Shown: positions 28,082 through 37,742 of the stretch, piece by piece
Layout of the letters: each line of letters opens with the position of its first letter
Numbering within the stretch: the first letter of the stretch is position 1
Source of the DNA: a virus
IMG/VR virus record: IMGVR_UViG_3300028800_000064
Location: 33,241 to 97,240 of that record
DNA: 64,000 nucleotides
Strand: one strand, 5' to 3'
The notes under the pieces: generated by a model
Databases searched by the model: none
What the model was told of the DNA's origin: nothing
Seen by the model: the letters and a program-made list of their open reading frames with translations, nothing else
Made by a program: the position numbers and the translations under genes

Positions 28082-29863
28082 ATGGACGACACATCCACAA
28101 CTCCGGTAGCCACCCCCGCGCCCGATGACACGGCAGCGGCTGCCGCGCCTGCGCCCACAGCTCCGGCTTCTGATCCGGCATCGGTTCAGGCGCAGATTGC
28201 TCCTTTTCAGCAGAAGGAACAGGAGGCCTATCAAAAAGCTTCCGATTTGGCTAATCCTCCTGCCGCGCCAGCACCAGGACCGCATGCTCGGCTTCTTTCC
28301 ATGGTGAAAGGCTTGGTACAAGGCTTGGCAATCGGGGCCGACGCTTTTGCTACCAGTGAAGCTACGGGGGGCAAAGAGGGCGGTGTTCAAGAGGTTCTGA
28401 AGGTTCGCCAGGAACAACAGCAACAAAAAATTCAGGCGCAGCAAGCCGCCACGGCGCAGCGCAACCAGCAGATTCAGCAACAGTTGATGGTTGGGGATAC
28501 CAACCACAAATTGGCGCAGAACATCATTCTGTTGGCCACGTTGCCCAATGAATTGGCCAAGAGCGATCTCGAAGTGAAGGGCGCGCAGCAAGCGCAGGCG
28601 ATAACCGGTGCCGATTTCCAAGCGGCGCACGGCGGCATGACGCCCCAGGAGTTCAGTACTGCTTTGTCCGGAACTGCACCCGCAAACGGCGGGCAAGGCG
28701 GTACCGCGAGTTCGTTTTTCACGACCACGGCAACTCAGCAACTGGGCGCAGCTCAGAAGATTTTGGGCTCGGACGATCCATACGTGCAGAAACTGCAGAC
28801 CGTGCTTTCCGATCCGAAGGCAACGCCCAAGGATTTGTGGACGGCCACCAATCAAGTTCAAAATCAAGTTGGGCTCCAAGAGAAGGCGACCGAAGCGCAG
28901 ACGAAGCGCGAGGCTGCGGCGTCCAACAGTCCCGTTGGCAAACTCTCCACACCTGAGGCTCTTGTGGCCCCCGGCGCGGTAGAGGCAATCAACGCGAAAA
29001 TCAAGGACCCGAGCACGGACCCCAAAGACGTTCCGCGACTGCAAGCTCTGATTCCTCTGGCGCAGGCTGCGCAGGAACACAAAATTGCGTTGGACCGCCA
29101 GCAGAAGCAGATGGAGCAGGATGTGCAGGCGGGTGACCCTGCGGTTATTGGGCAGGAAATGGCCTCGGGTCTTGTTGCGCCATCTCAGGTTTTGAGCGCG
29201 CGTTCCATGAGTCGTCCATTTTATTCGAAGGTGCTGTCTGCCGCGAATGATGCAAGTATGAAGGCGACTGGGAAGCCCTTTGATGCCACGCAAGCAGAAG
29301 CTCAATACAAGTACGCGCTCAACCCGCAGACTCAGAATACACTCAACATGGTGGATTCACTGGAGAAGCCAGGCGGAGTCGCAGACATTCTTTTGGAAAA
29401 AGGCAAAGCGTTGCCTACTGTCGGGGTTCCTAAGTTCAACAGCTGGGAGCAAGCCCTGAGTTACCAAACAGGCGGCAAAGAGGTTCCTGCGTACATGCCT
29501 GCAGCGGTGGATTTTGCGGACATGTATTCGAAAATCATGGGCGGCGGCGTCGGTAGCGATTCCGCACGGCTCCAAGCTTTGAATCTTGTCCTGGCCGCAC
29601 AAAACGCACCTCAGCGCGCGGCGTCGGTTGAGACCCTCAAGGATACACTGAAGCAACGCGGTGGCAGCATGGTGCGGGATAATCCCACGCTGAACGCCAT
29701 GTATCCCAATTTGACGCAGAAGGTCAAGGCGTCCAATTTTGCGCGTCCTGCTAATGTTTCGGCGAACGCGAAACTCATGCAAGCTCCTGGGGGCCAGCCT
29801 CACTGGATCGAGCCTCAAAATCAAGCCGCCGCGAAGAACGCGGGCGCGGTTGAGATACAATAA
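28082..29863 (+). CDS. Putative DNA ejection protein
   Basis: 593 aa, A/Q-rich helical. Confidence 0.6.
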   Translation: MDDTSTTPVATPAPDDTAAAAAPAPTAPASDPASVQAQIAPFQQKEQEAYQKASDLANPPAAPAPGPHARLLSMVKGLVQGLAIGADAFATSEATGGKEGGVQEVLKVRQEQQQQKIQAQQAATAQRNQQIQQQLMVGDTNHKLAQNIILLATLPNELAKSDLEVKGAQQAQAITGADFQAAHGGMTPQEFSTALSGTAPANGGQGGTASSFFTTTATQQLGAAQKILGSDDPYVQKLQTVLSDPKATPKDLWTATNQVQNQVGLQEKATEAQTKREAAASNSPVGKLSTPEALVAPGAVEAINAKIKDPSTDPKDVPRLQALIPLAQAAQEHKIALDRQQKQMEQDVQAGDPAVIGQEMASGLVAPSQVLSARSMSRPFYSKVLSAANDASMKATGKPFDATQAEAQYKYALNPQTQNTLNMVDSLEKPGGVADILLEKGKALPTVGVPKFNSWEQALSYQTGGKEVPAYMPAAVDFADMYSKIMGGGVGSDSARLQALNLVLAAQNAPQRAASVETLKDTLKQRGGSMVRDNPTLNAMYPNLTQKVKASNFARPANVSANAKLMQAPGGQPHWIEPQNQAAAKNAGAVEIQ

Positions 29864-31260
29864 TGCCTCAAGACCCTTTAGCGCAACTTGGAGTTCCGGC
29901 CACACCTGCAGCGAATGCTGATCCGTTGGCTTCTCTCGGGGTGTCGGCAGCGTCGTCAAGCGGGTCTTCGCAGACCCCTCCCCCAAGCCAAGGTGTTCTC
30001 TCCACACTCGCGGACACGGGTGCGGATGTTGCGGCAGGGGTTGTCAAAGGCGCGGGCGATACGGTTAGCGGTGTCTCTCATCTTCTTAACAAAATTCCTG
30101 GTATCGGCGAAACGCTGGCTCCGTCCGCTGGTGTCGGGGCTCTCGATCAACTCGACACTTCGAAGAATACCGCCCAGTCCGTTGGCAAAGGGATTGAGGG
30201 AATCGCGGAGTTTGCTGCCGGGGACGAAGCCCTTGAGGGCGCGGCGAAGGCATCGAAGTTGGTGGCTCTGGCGCAGAAGTATCCGTTGATCGCCAAGACC
30301 CTGGACATGGCGACTGCCCATCCGTGGTTGGCGAAGATCATTACGGAAGGTGCGAAGGGTGCCACTGTTGGTGGTGCAGAGGGTACCGTCAAAGGTGCTC
30401 AGAAAAATCGCCCGGCTTCCGGCGCGGCAATCGGCGCGGCCACCGGTGGTTTGACCGGCGCAGCTGTTGGCTCCGCAGTAGGCGCGGTCGATGCGCTCAA
30501 AAGTATGAAAGTGAATCCATTCCGCGCCATACTAGAAGGAAAAGGTGTGGCACAGGAGCCTGCGGAAGCCGCGTTGCGTCAAGGCGTGCAGGAAAGCGCG
30601 CAAGCTGCGGGAGTCGCGCCAGCCGCGCAAGCAGGGATCGCTGCAAATCCCGTTCTGGCAGGCAACGAAACAGTTTTGGATGAACCGCTGCAACTTATCG
30701 CCAGCAAAGAAAAGAAGGCGTACCAAGCGGTCGATAAAACGGTTGGGTTCGACTTGAAAGAGGCGAAGCTCGGGTTGAAGAACGACCAATATAACCTGCA
30801 GCAGCTGGGAAACACTCCGGCGGATCAGGCCGCGCGTAAAACGCTCACGGAGTCCATCAACGACTCCACAAGCCGAATCAACCAGGCAGAAAGCAAACTC
30901 AAAGCGGCAGGCATCGATCCAAAAGCCGCCGATCAGATTCACACTGCCCGCATGGCCGGTGAGGATTTCAAGAAAGCGATTGTGCGTACGACCGCGCCAG
31001 ACGGAACGATTAACGTGGATCAACTGCTCAAGCAGAGCAAGACATTGCGCTTTACAAAGCGTGGCGACCGATTGGCGCAGTTCATGGGGCCGAAGGCTGC
31101 AGACGCCTACATGCAAGAACTGCAAGCGGCTCAAGAGGCAGGTGTCCACGCCATGAAAGTGCAGAAGATCGCCAAATGGGTTGGCGGCCTCGCGGCCAGC
31201 GGGTTAGGGTTGGGTGCTGGGGCGGAGGTGGCTTCGCATTTGTTTCCGCCTACGCCGTAG
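29863..31260 (+). CDS. Putative DNA ejection protein
   Basis: DPLAxLGV repeats and GA-rich membrane-active segments. Confidence 0.6.
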   Translation: MPQDPLAQLGVPATPAANADPLASLGVSAASSSGSSQTPPPSQGVLSTLADTGADVAAGVVKGAGDTVSGVSHLLNKIPGIGETLAPSAGVGALDQLDTSKNTAQSVGKGIEGIAEFAAGDEALEGAAKASKLVALAQKYPLIAKTLDMATAHPWLAKIITEGAKGATVGGAEGTVKGAQKNRPASGAAIGAATGGLTGAAVGSAVGAVDALKSMKVNPFRAILEGKGVAQEPAEAALRQGVQESAQAAGVAPAAQAGIAANPVLAGNETVLDEPLQLIASKEKKAYQAVDKTVGFDLKEAKLGLKNDQYNLQQLGNTPADQAARKTLTESINDSTSRINQAESKLKAAGIDPKAADQIHTARMAGEDFKKAIVRTTAPDGTINVDQLLKQSKTLRFTKRGDRLAQFMGPKAADAYMQELQAAQEAGVHAMKVQKIAKWVGGLAASGLGLGAGAEVASHLFPPTP

Positions 31261-32065
31261 TTTTTTCCTTTGCTGGTAGTTCCACGCCATCAATTCAAAC
31301 ATCGCGCAGAACACCTGGAAGATGCAGTACATGGCGAACAGTGTGCAGGCTATCGCAATCATGGTGTCTCCATTTTCAGTGGGTTGATCTCGCGGCATAT
31401 GGGGCAGCGGCGAGGTGCTTTGCCGAAGCAAATAAACTCCATCTTTGGTTGAGCGGAACACAAAAAGCCGAAAGATTTGTCCTCTATCCTGGTCAGGATG
31501 TGTTCCCACTTGGTTGGTTTTTCGGGCTTCTGTTCTTTGCGAGCGGCAGGGCTGCTTCCCTCATCCACTACAAAGCGGTCTGTCATTAAGCCGTCCTTTT
31601 GCGGGTCAGAATGTTGACTTCGGGGCCGTCCTCTGCTGGGTCTATTTCGGCCACCAACTTCTGGGCGAGATCGGGGATGCCGAAAGCCATCAGAGCGGCG
31701 ATAATCATTGTGCGTTCAGGTTTAGTTACTTCGATTTTTACTTTCATATGGTTCCCTCCATGTGCTGAGAATACCAAAGACCTAGTTTTTTGGCAATGGT
31801 ACCAACGTACCGAAAATTTGGTGACTTTGCGTACCATAAGTGTAAGCAGGAGAATGTCTTGACTCGACCGACCTACTGCCCTCAATGTGCCAGCCGCTAC
31901 GCGGAGATTCATGGGTTGTTGTATGCCATGGGTGAAGCGGTTGGGGTGCCGTGTAAAGATTCGTGGCATCGTGGGGAGACCTATGATCCCAACATTCTCA
32001 ATTTGACGGAAGAGGATCGGCAATTTTTAGCAGATCAGTGCATCAAAATCTAACCCAGGTGATTT

Positions 32066-32359
32066 ATGCACCCGCAACTAGACTTGATCGATCAGTTGAT
32101 TCGTATGTTTGGCTGGCCCGCTCTATTGGGAGCTTTGGTTTGGGTTGTACGCAAGTGGGATAAGGCGACGGATGAGTTTCGTTTGATCCATGCCACTACC
32201 GTTGAGACGCGGCAAATGGTTGCCGACACGCTGACCGGAGTGAACACGATTCAGAATAACCATCTGACCCATTTGGAAGCGGAAGTGAAGGAACAGACAC
32301 CGATCCTTGCGAACATGGACAAAACTTTGGCCGTGATCGCCGCGAAGCTTGAACGCTAA
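32066..32359 (+). CDS. Small membrane protein, holin-like
   Basis: One N-terminal TM helix followed by a coiled coil. Confidence 0.5.
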   Translation: MHPQLDLIDQLIRMFGWPALLGALVWVVRKWDKATDEFRLIHATTVETRQMVADTLTGVNTIQNNHLTHLEAEVKEQTPILANMDKTLAVIAAKLER

Positions 32360-33738
32360 ATCTGGACGCCCCAGAAGGCTCGTTGTTGAAATGGTACTTT
32401 CGGCAGCAGCTTCACGCATGACGAATCCGCTGAGATGGTGAACTGGCGTTCGGTTGGGAACTGCACCACGACCGTCAGGTGCTCGGTTAACACATTCATT
32501 TTGGTCACGGTGCCGCAGTATCCTGCCGCTGGCCCGGTTAGAATTTCCACGAAGTCTCCGCAGTGAACTATAGGCACGTTTGGCACATTGCCGGTCTTCA
32601 TCATTTTTTGGATATCCTCGTTGGGCACGGTTACCGCGCGCACGAATCCCCCTTCATCGTTGCACATCGCAGAGAGTTCCGAGATGCCGCGAACGCGGGT
32701 CAGCGCGCGAACCAGAGAGGGCGACGTGCAGCGGGCAAAGAAATAGCCAAACTGTAGTTCGCCTTCTGCGTTCACTGGCGCGAAGATTTGGGCGGCTTTT
32801 TTGCCGAAGAGTCTTTTGCCCTGGGTTTGAAGGATCGGGGTGAGCTGGTCCATGCGGTGCGCCGACGATATCTCCAGCATGCACCACGGCGTGTCCTTCA
32901 ACGTCTCGACCGGGCCGAAGGAGAGTAGCGGCGAAGTCTCTGCCGGGGGCGCGGCGAAGCGCAAGCTCTTAACGCGCCGGAGCCGAGAGACACAGCTCTT
33001 GCTGAGTCCTGCCTTTGTGAGAGACGCCTGATGGGTCAGGTTGCGCAGATAGGCACCCACGGCTACCACTCGAATATCCTTGTCCGCAAGTAGCGCGCTG
33101 ATGGTTGGGCGGAAGATTCGGCGGATCGCCGGAACGGGAGCCTTGACTTTCTTTGCGATGGCCGCGTAGCTTTGAGTCGAGGCGTAGAGCAAGATCATGT
33201 CGGTCAGGCTGCCGTACGGTGTTGTCTCTTTGCCAGATTTTACCAGCAAAGGCCGGATCACCGACGCATCAGGGTTGAGCCCTAGCAGTATGAAAGCACC
33301 CATGGTCTGTTCGATGATGCGCAGGGCTTGCCACGTTCGCGTTTGGATGAACCCGTGGGCTTTGCCGATGAAGGCTTGTGATTTGTGAAGCACGTAGTAC
33401 TCGACGCAAAGCTCTTGGAATTCGGGGCGCAGGGGCTCCAGCAGCTTGTGGAATTTTTCCGGAAAGTCTTTGGCGAACGCGGCGAAACTCAAGAACCCGC
33501 TATTTTCTGGCAGGGCTTCGGCACTGAGAAGCGCGTCCTCTTTGTCGTCTTCGTTTTTGCGCCGATTGAAATCTTCGAAGCTGGCGGCGTTGGCGACGTG
33601 ATCCATATAGCTGGAAACACCTTGCGTGTTGTCGCCGCGCATGCGCGCTTGGCCGCGCAACCACCGGCCACCGAAGTGTCCATAGCTGCGCCGACCGAGA
33701 CTACAAGGATTGCGCAAACCGCACGATTTGCTTTTCAT
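32356..33738 (-). CDS. Transcription regulator: sigma region-4-like HTH, second HTH, NusG NGN and KOW
   Basis: LRPEFQELCVEYYVLHKSQAFIG..IQTRTWQ; PWCML..IFAP..FGYFF..RGISEL..VPNEDI; GDFVEILTGPAAGYCGTV. Confidence 0.75.
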   Translation of the reverse strand: MKSKSCGLRNPCSLGRRSYGHFGGRWLRGQARMRGDNTQGVSSYMDHVANAASFEDFNRRKNEDDKEDALLSAEALPENSGFLSFAAFAKDFPEKFHKLLEPLRPEFQELCVEYYVLHKSQAFIGKAHGFIQTRTWQALRIIEQTMGAFILLGLNPDASVIRPLLVKSGKETTPYGSLTDMILLYASTQSYAAIAKKVKAPVPAIRRIFRPTISALLADKDIRVVAVGAYLRNLTHQASLTKAGLSKSCVSRLRRVKSLRFAAPPAETSPLLSFGPVETLKDTPWCMLEISSAHRMDQLTPILQTQGKRLFGKKAAQIFAPVNAEGELQFGYFFARCTSPSLVRALTRVRGISELSAMCNDEGGFVRAVTVPNEDIQKMMKTGNVPNVPIVHCGDFVEILTGPAAGYCGTVTKMNVLTEHLTVVVQFPTERQFTISADSSCVKLLPKVPFQQRAFWGVQI

Positions 33739-34043
33739 AGGCCGCCTAGTCCGTCCAGGTATCGTTTTGCATTTCGCCAGTAGGAATCAACTAAAGCATT
33801 GAACAGCTTGCCGTGCCGCAGTTCGGGTTCAGCGACATGGACCATCTCATGCACGAGAGTTTTTCCCCAGCGTTTGTACGCGGAGTTTAGGAAAATCACG
33901 GGTCTGACACAGTTATCGTCTTGAAAGGTGATCCCGAAGCACATAGGGATCGTGTCTCTGGTGACGAGAGACACCGTGGCCTCGGGGAGTCGGTTGTGCC
34001 ACAGTAGGCGATTGAGATGACGGTACGCTGCCGCAGGGGTCAT
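33735..34043 (-). CDS. SprT-like zinc metalloprotease
   Basis: YRHLNRLLW..LP, TLVHEMVH, HGKLF. Confidence 0.85.
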   Translation of the reverse strand: MTPAAAYRHLNRLLWHNRLPEATVSLVTRDTIPMCFGITFQDDNCVRPVIFLNSAYKRWGKTLVHEMVHVAEPELRHGKLFNALVDSYWRNAKRYLDGLGGL

Positions 34044-34088
34044 AATGGGCCAATAGTACCAAAGTACTATCGGTTTGTCAAGGCAGGA

Positions 34089-35065
34089 TTAAAGACCGAG
34101 CCATTTTAATTGTTCCTCAATTGGGTCTTTGGCGGGTGCCGCCGAGACAAGCACCAGCCCTTCGACCCAGCTCCAACCTCCGCCGATCTTTACCATCGGC
34201 AGGAATGGGCAGACCGCTTCGACTTCGAACACTTCACCGCCGAACACGGACTGAACGGAATCACCGAGCGCGATCATCTTTGGTCCATTCCTCGTGCAGC
34301 TTATCTACCAAATGCCTCGGGTAGGCCACGGAGAAGTGTTTTTCTATGCCCGAAGGCGGTGTTGGGATGAGCCGCGCGGAGCCTTGCTCATCGAAAGTTT
34401 TGTGGGTGCCCTCATATTGGCGCACCCAGTTGGATAGATCGACACCGCTTGGGAGTTTTGGCGGAAAAAGCCAAGAGAGAATTCGTGCGAACATTATCGC
34501 TTCACAATCGGCTGACGAAGCGAGCCGTCCGGATTGTTTTCGAAGTGGCCGTATCGGAAGCGGTCGCGCACCAGAGCCGCCGCATCGAAGGTTGGATCGT
34601 AGGCATTGCCGATTATTTTGTTGCGATCCGCTTTGAGCCAGCCTTTGTTGCCATAAACGGTGCCGGTGAGGATATCCACAAGAAACGCGGATGAACCGGA
34701 GATCACGAGATGGAACATAGTCTTTCCGGTCGTGAAGCGGGTGGTATCGTAGAAGCTGGTGAGAGGGTCCGCGCCATATTTGTTGATGTAGTCCCGGCAC
34801 GCAGCTTGGTGCCAACTGGTGCAGAGATTTTCGATTGCCAGTACTTGTTGCAGTGTCGGTTTCGCCATCACAGCACCTCCGTTTGAAGTACTTGCACATC
34901 TCGGTGTTTCCACGTCGGCAGCACGGCCAGCACTTGCTCAACGCTGCCCGCCTTTACGTGGACGTTCTCAGTTCCGCGCACGGAGACTGTCAGACCTGCG
35001 CGTTCGAGTCGATCAGCGGTCGTGTTTACTTGCGTTGGCCCTGTCCAAACTTTGAGAAGTTGCAT
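34089..35065 (-). other. Run of about four small hypothetical genes
   Basis: Abutting minus-strand ORFs (e.g. 34089-34277, 34494-34869, 34868-35065) with RBSs. Confidence 0.55.
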
Positions 35066-35157
35066 CGGGGTCTCCTTGATTGCGAGACTATGATCTCACG
35101 AGATCGAGTTTGGGTCAATAGTACAAAAGTCCCAGTACTAGGGCTCAAAAATAATGC

Positions 35158-35186
35158 TTGACATTTGGACTTGGGCCGGGTATATT
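35158..35186 (+). promoter_or_regulatory. Sigma70 promoter for the tmRNA locus
   Basis: TTGACA-N17-TATATT. Confidence 0.8.
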
Positions 35187-35301
35187 GGAGGAGTTAATTC
35201 GAGGGACTTGGGCGGCACAGTAGGCTTCGGGAAAAAGGATCGAAGCCATATACCACCGGGGACCACGCGAACCGCCTCTTAAACAGAGTCGAATTCACCT
35301 C

Positions 35302-35861
35302 GGATTGGCTGGTGGAGGCGGGGGTAAACCTATAGAGGTCCCTTGCCCTAAACTTTCGGTGGGGTCTAAGCGCCTGCTAAACGCCGAGCCGAAGAGCCTA
35401 GCATATGTAGCACAGAACTAGGCGGGACCCCAAATTACGCTCGTAGAACGCTCATGGCGACCTAACTGGACGGCGGTTCGACTCCGCCCAGGTCCACCAG
35501 AGCGCATTCCTGTTCCGGGTCAACGGGACCAACCCGTAAGACCATTCGGTACGGAACAAACCTGACGAGGGGGAGTGCGCTTTAATGGTGGGCCTGACCC
35601 GGTTTCGACAGGTGGGTTTAGCGGTGGGGCTTTTTCGAGCCGTCCTGACAACGACGTGAAACTAGATCAAACTATAACTGTCAAGCAAACGCTTGCCAAG
35701 GTGATTGAGTTCGTCGTTCCGGTTCGCTCGCGCGAACTGGCAATGGCGGCTTAGTTGCCGGGAGGGGCTGCCCGCAAGGTGGCCCCTTCACATTTTTCGT
35801 GGTTCCCTGGATAATTACGACAGGGATTAAATCGGCGACCGGATGCGCACAGCAGCCAGCC
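35302..35861 (+). ncRNA. ssrA: Circularly permuted (two-piece) tmRNA
   Basis: 3' tRNA-like half (GGCGG-TTCGACT-CCGCC-CAGGTCC-ACCA, ends 35499) precedes the 5' half (GGGCCTG..TTCGAC, starts 35590); G3.U70 pair; tag frame 35680-35754 = VKQTLAKVIEFVVPVRSRELAMAA*. Confidence 0.9.
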
Positions 35862-35965
35862 ACACCTTTTTTTTGGAGGAGACTTGATGAGCGAACCACA
35901 GGCAATGCTGCCTCGTTTTTGCGAGGCGGAAGGTTGTTCCAATCCTGGTGTTTATCTAGTCGAGT

Positions 35966-36307
35966 TTGAAGAGGGCCGGTCGGAATGGTTTTGCGAAAGC
36001 TGTTTGGAACCAGCTGAGGAGACAGAAGGTGTCTAAGCATCCTGGCATGGTTTTGAACGCGGACGGGTACCTGCGAATCAAGGCGCGTCGAAACGGATTG
36101 CGCGATCAACTGGCGCACCGCGCCTACGCTGCTCGCCAGCTCGGAAGGAAAACACTCCCCAGCGAATTCGAAGTTCACCACGAATGCATGAACCGCGCCT
36201 GCTGGCCGCCTACCGATTTTCATTTGGTGATCGTGGATCAGGCATTAGCACCGCATATGTACCAGAGGCGCGGCAACAAGAAAGCTCCGCGCCGGAGGGC
36301 AGCATGA
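35966..36307 (+). CDS. HNH-like endonuclease (start uncertain)
   Basis: DGYLRI..LAHR..EVHHECMNRAC..HL. Confidence 0.7.
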   Translation: MKRAGRNGFAKAVWNQLRRQKVSKHPGMVLNADGYLRIKARRNGLRDQLAHRAYAARQLGRKTLPSEFEVHHECMNRACWPPTDFHLVIVDQALAPHMYQRRGNKKAPRRRAA

Positions 36308-36506
36308 GCGCCTATCGCGTGCATCGCTTGGAGTGGGAGCACCAAGAGCCCAGAGACTTGGAATGGGCGCTACGCACCAAACTGCGAGTGAAACTTGAGA
36401 AAGAAAAGGAACCGGTGCCAGCGGAATTGTTGGTTCAAGCATATACCGAGGCTCATCGAATCGGGGAATTTTGGAGAATGGTTTACGGTTTATCGTGGGA
36501 GGAAAA

Positions 36507-36728
36507 ATGAGTTTCGACGGATTCACACCGATCAGTTCGGACCATATCGACGGAGTTAAGTACGACTCGTTTGCACAGCGGCTCACCATCCGTTTCAAAA
36601 ACGGATACATCTACGACGTGCATGGCGTGTCGCCCAAGGAGCACGAAGACTTCCTGAACGCACCCTCGCAAGGCCAACACTTCCATAGTCAGATCAAAGG
36701 GAATTTCCACATCGAACGGATCAAATAA
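36507..36728 (+). CDS. KTSC-domain protein
   Basis: SSDHI.GVKYD..LTIRFKNG.IY..V..FLNAPSQGQHF..IKG. Confidence 0.9.
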   Translation: MSFDGFTPISSDHIDGVKYDSFAQRLTIRFKNGYIYDVHGVSPKEHEDFLNAPSQGQHFHSQIKGNFHIERIK

Positions 36729-36732
36729 AACA

Positions 36733-36760
36733 ACGGGCAGAAGATGTTTTTCCTGCCCGT
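36733..36760. terminator. Hairpin between convergent genes
   Basis: ACGGGCAG/CTGCCCGT. Confidence 0.55.
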
Positions 36761-36767
36761 CTGGGAA

Positions 36768-37136
36768 TTACGACTGTGGGACTGTGCCTGATACGATGTT
36801 GGATGGGGAGGATTCTACGCCCGAGCTATCCACTGCCGTGACATAGTAGAAGTACGTCTGTCCAAGCTGGATGGCCGAGTCGTTGTAATCGAGTTGGTTG
36901 ATGGGGCTCGGGGTCAGTTTAGTCCAGGGGCCTGATGATCCAGGCCCCCGGTAAACGTTGTACCCCACAACTGGATCGGTTCCCGGTACTGCCGCTGTCC
37001 AGTCCAGAGCCGCATAGTGGCCGACTTGGATGGAGAGCTGGATGGTGGCCGTCTGCTGGGCTCCGAAGAGTATTCCAGCGAAAGCCAGCATCGTTAGCAG
37101 CAAGAGAGCCAACGCAAGTTTGAGGTGTAGGCTCAT
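36768..37136 (-). CDS. Secreted fibronectin type III protein
   Basis: Signal peptide; LDW..GYNVYR..YFYYVTAVD..ES.PSN. Confidence 0.85.
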   Translation of the reverse strand: MSLHLKLALALLLLTMLAFAGILFGAQQTATIQLSIQVGHYAALDWTAAVPGTDPVVGYNVYRGPGSSGPWTKLTPSPINQLDYNDSAIQLGQTYFYYVTAVDSSGVESSPSNIVSGTVPQS

Positions 37137-37741
37137 TGCGCCGACGCCACTTGGAGTGTGAAGGTGATCGCGCCGGTCACGGTCGGAGTTCCTGCCAGAT
37201 GGCAGTTGTTGCCGACAGTGGTAAGAGCGATGCCTGTTGGGAGTGAGCCCGCGCTGACGCTGCAGGTATAGGGTCCGATGCCGCCCGTGAACGCCACATC
37301 CGCTGAATACGGCTGGCCGATCAAGGTAGCAGGGATCGTAGTGGTTGTGAACACCAGCTTGGCAATGACGATGACCGTATATGCCTGAGTCTTGGTGGCA
37401 GGAGGCGTTTCCGAATCAGCAGCCTGCACGGTGAAGTTGTAGGTTCCCGCGACAGTCGGAGTGCCGGAAATGACGCCTGTCAAAGAATTGATCGTGGTTC
37501 CGGTTGGAAGCGCGCCCGCCGCAATGCTATAGGTGAACGGGCCTACTCCGCCAGTTGCCACAATCGACTGGTTGTAGGGTGTGTTGATGACCACGTTCGG
37601 CAGTGTCGATGGAGCGATAGAGATAACGGGTGCCGTGACGGTCAGTGTGAGTTGCTGGGTTGCGGTCTGCTGCGCGAATGCAGCGGAGCCCGCAAGAAAG
37701 AACAGGAATGCTCCGAGAATCAATCCCCTCAGAATGCGCAC
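37133..37741 (-). CDS. Secreted protein with two putative Ig (He_PIG-like) domains
   Basis: Signal peptide; GG.GP..S..G.LP.G..GTPT twice. Confidence 0.85.
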   Translation of the reverse strand: MRILRGLILGAFLFFLAGSAAFAQQTATQQLTLTVTAPVISIAPSTLPNVVINTPYNQSIVATGGVGPFTYSIAAGALPTGTTINSLTGVISGTPTVAGTYNFTVQAADSETPPATKTQAYTVIVIAKLVFTTTTIPATLIGQPYSADVAFTGGIGPYTCSVSAGSLPTGIALTTVGNNCHLAGTPTVTGAITFTLQVASAQ

Positions 37742-37742
37742 G

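Noticed and set aside
27986-29305. Long antisense ORFs (e.g. 27986-29305, 15462-16538, 12645-13538)
   Set aside because: They are shadows of + strand genes in GC-rich sequence with no recognisable motifs.
33598-33606. Self-targeting by guide spacers (single 9-mer hits, e.g. gtgatccat here, tcgacgggg near 13486, cgaaaacgt near 14443)
   Set aside because: The partner spacer is not adjacent, and single 9-mer hits are expected by chance in 64 kb. Only spot checks were done.
35468-35499. Stand-alone tRNA or attP fragment
   Set aside because: No anticodon arm, and the matching 5' strand plus a tag frame lie downstream, which fits a permuted tmRNA.
35562-35569. Hammerhead ribozyme core (CTGACGAG)
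   Set aside because: No properly placed stem II-GAAA element; it reads better as a small hairpin.
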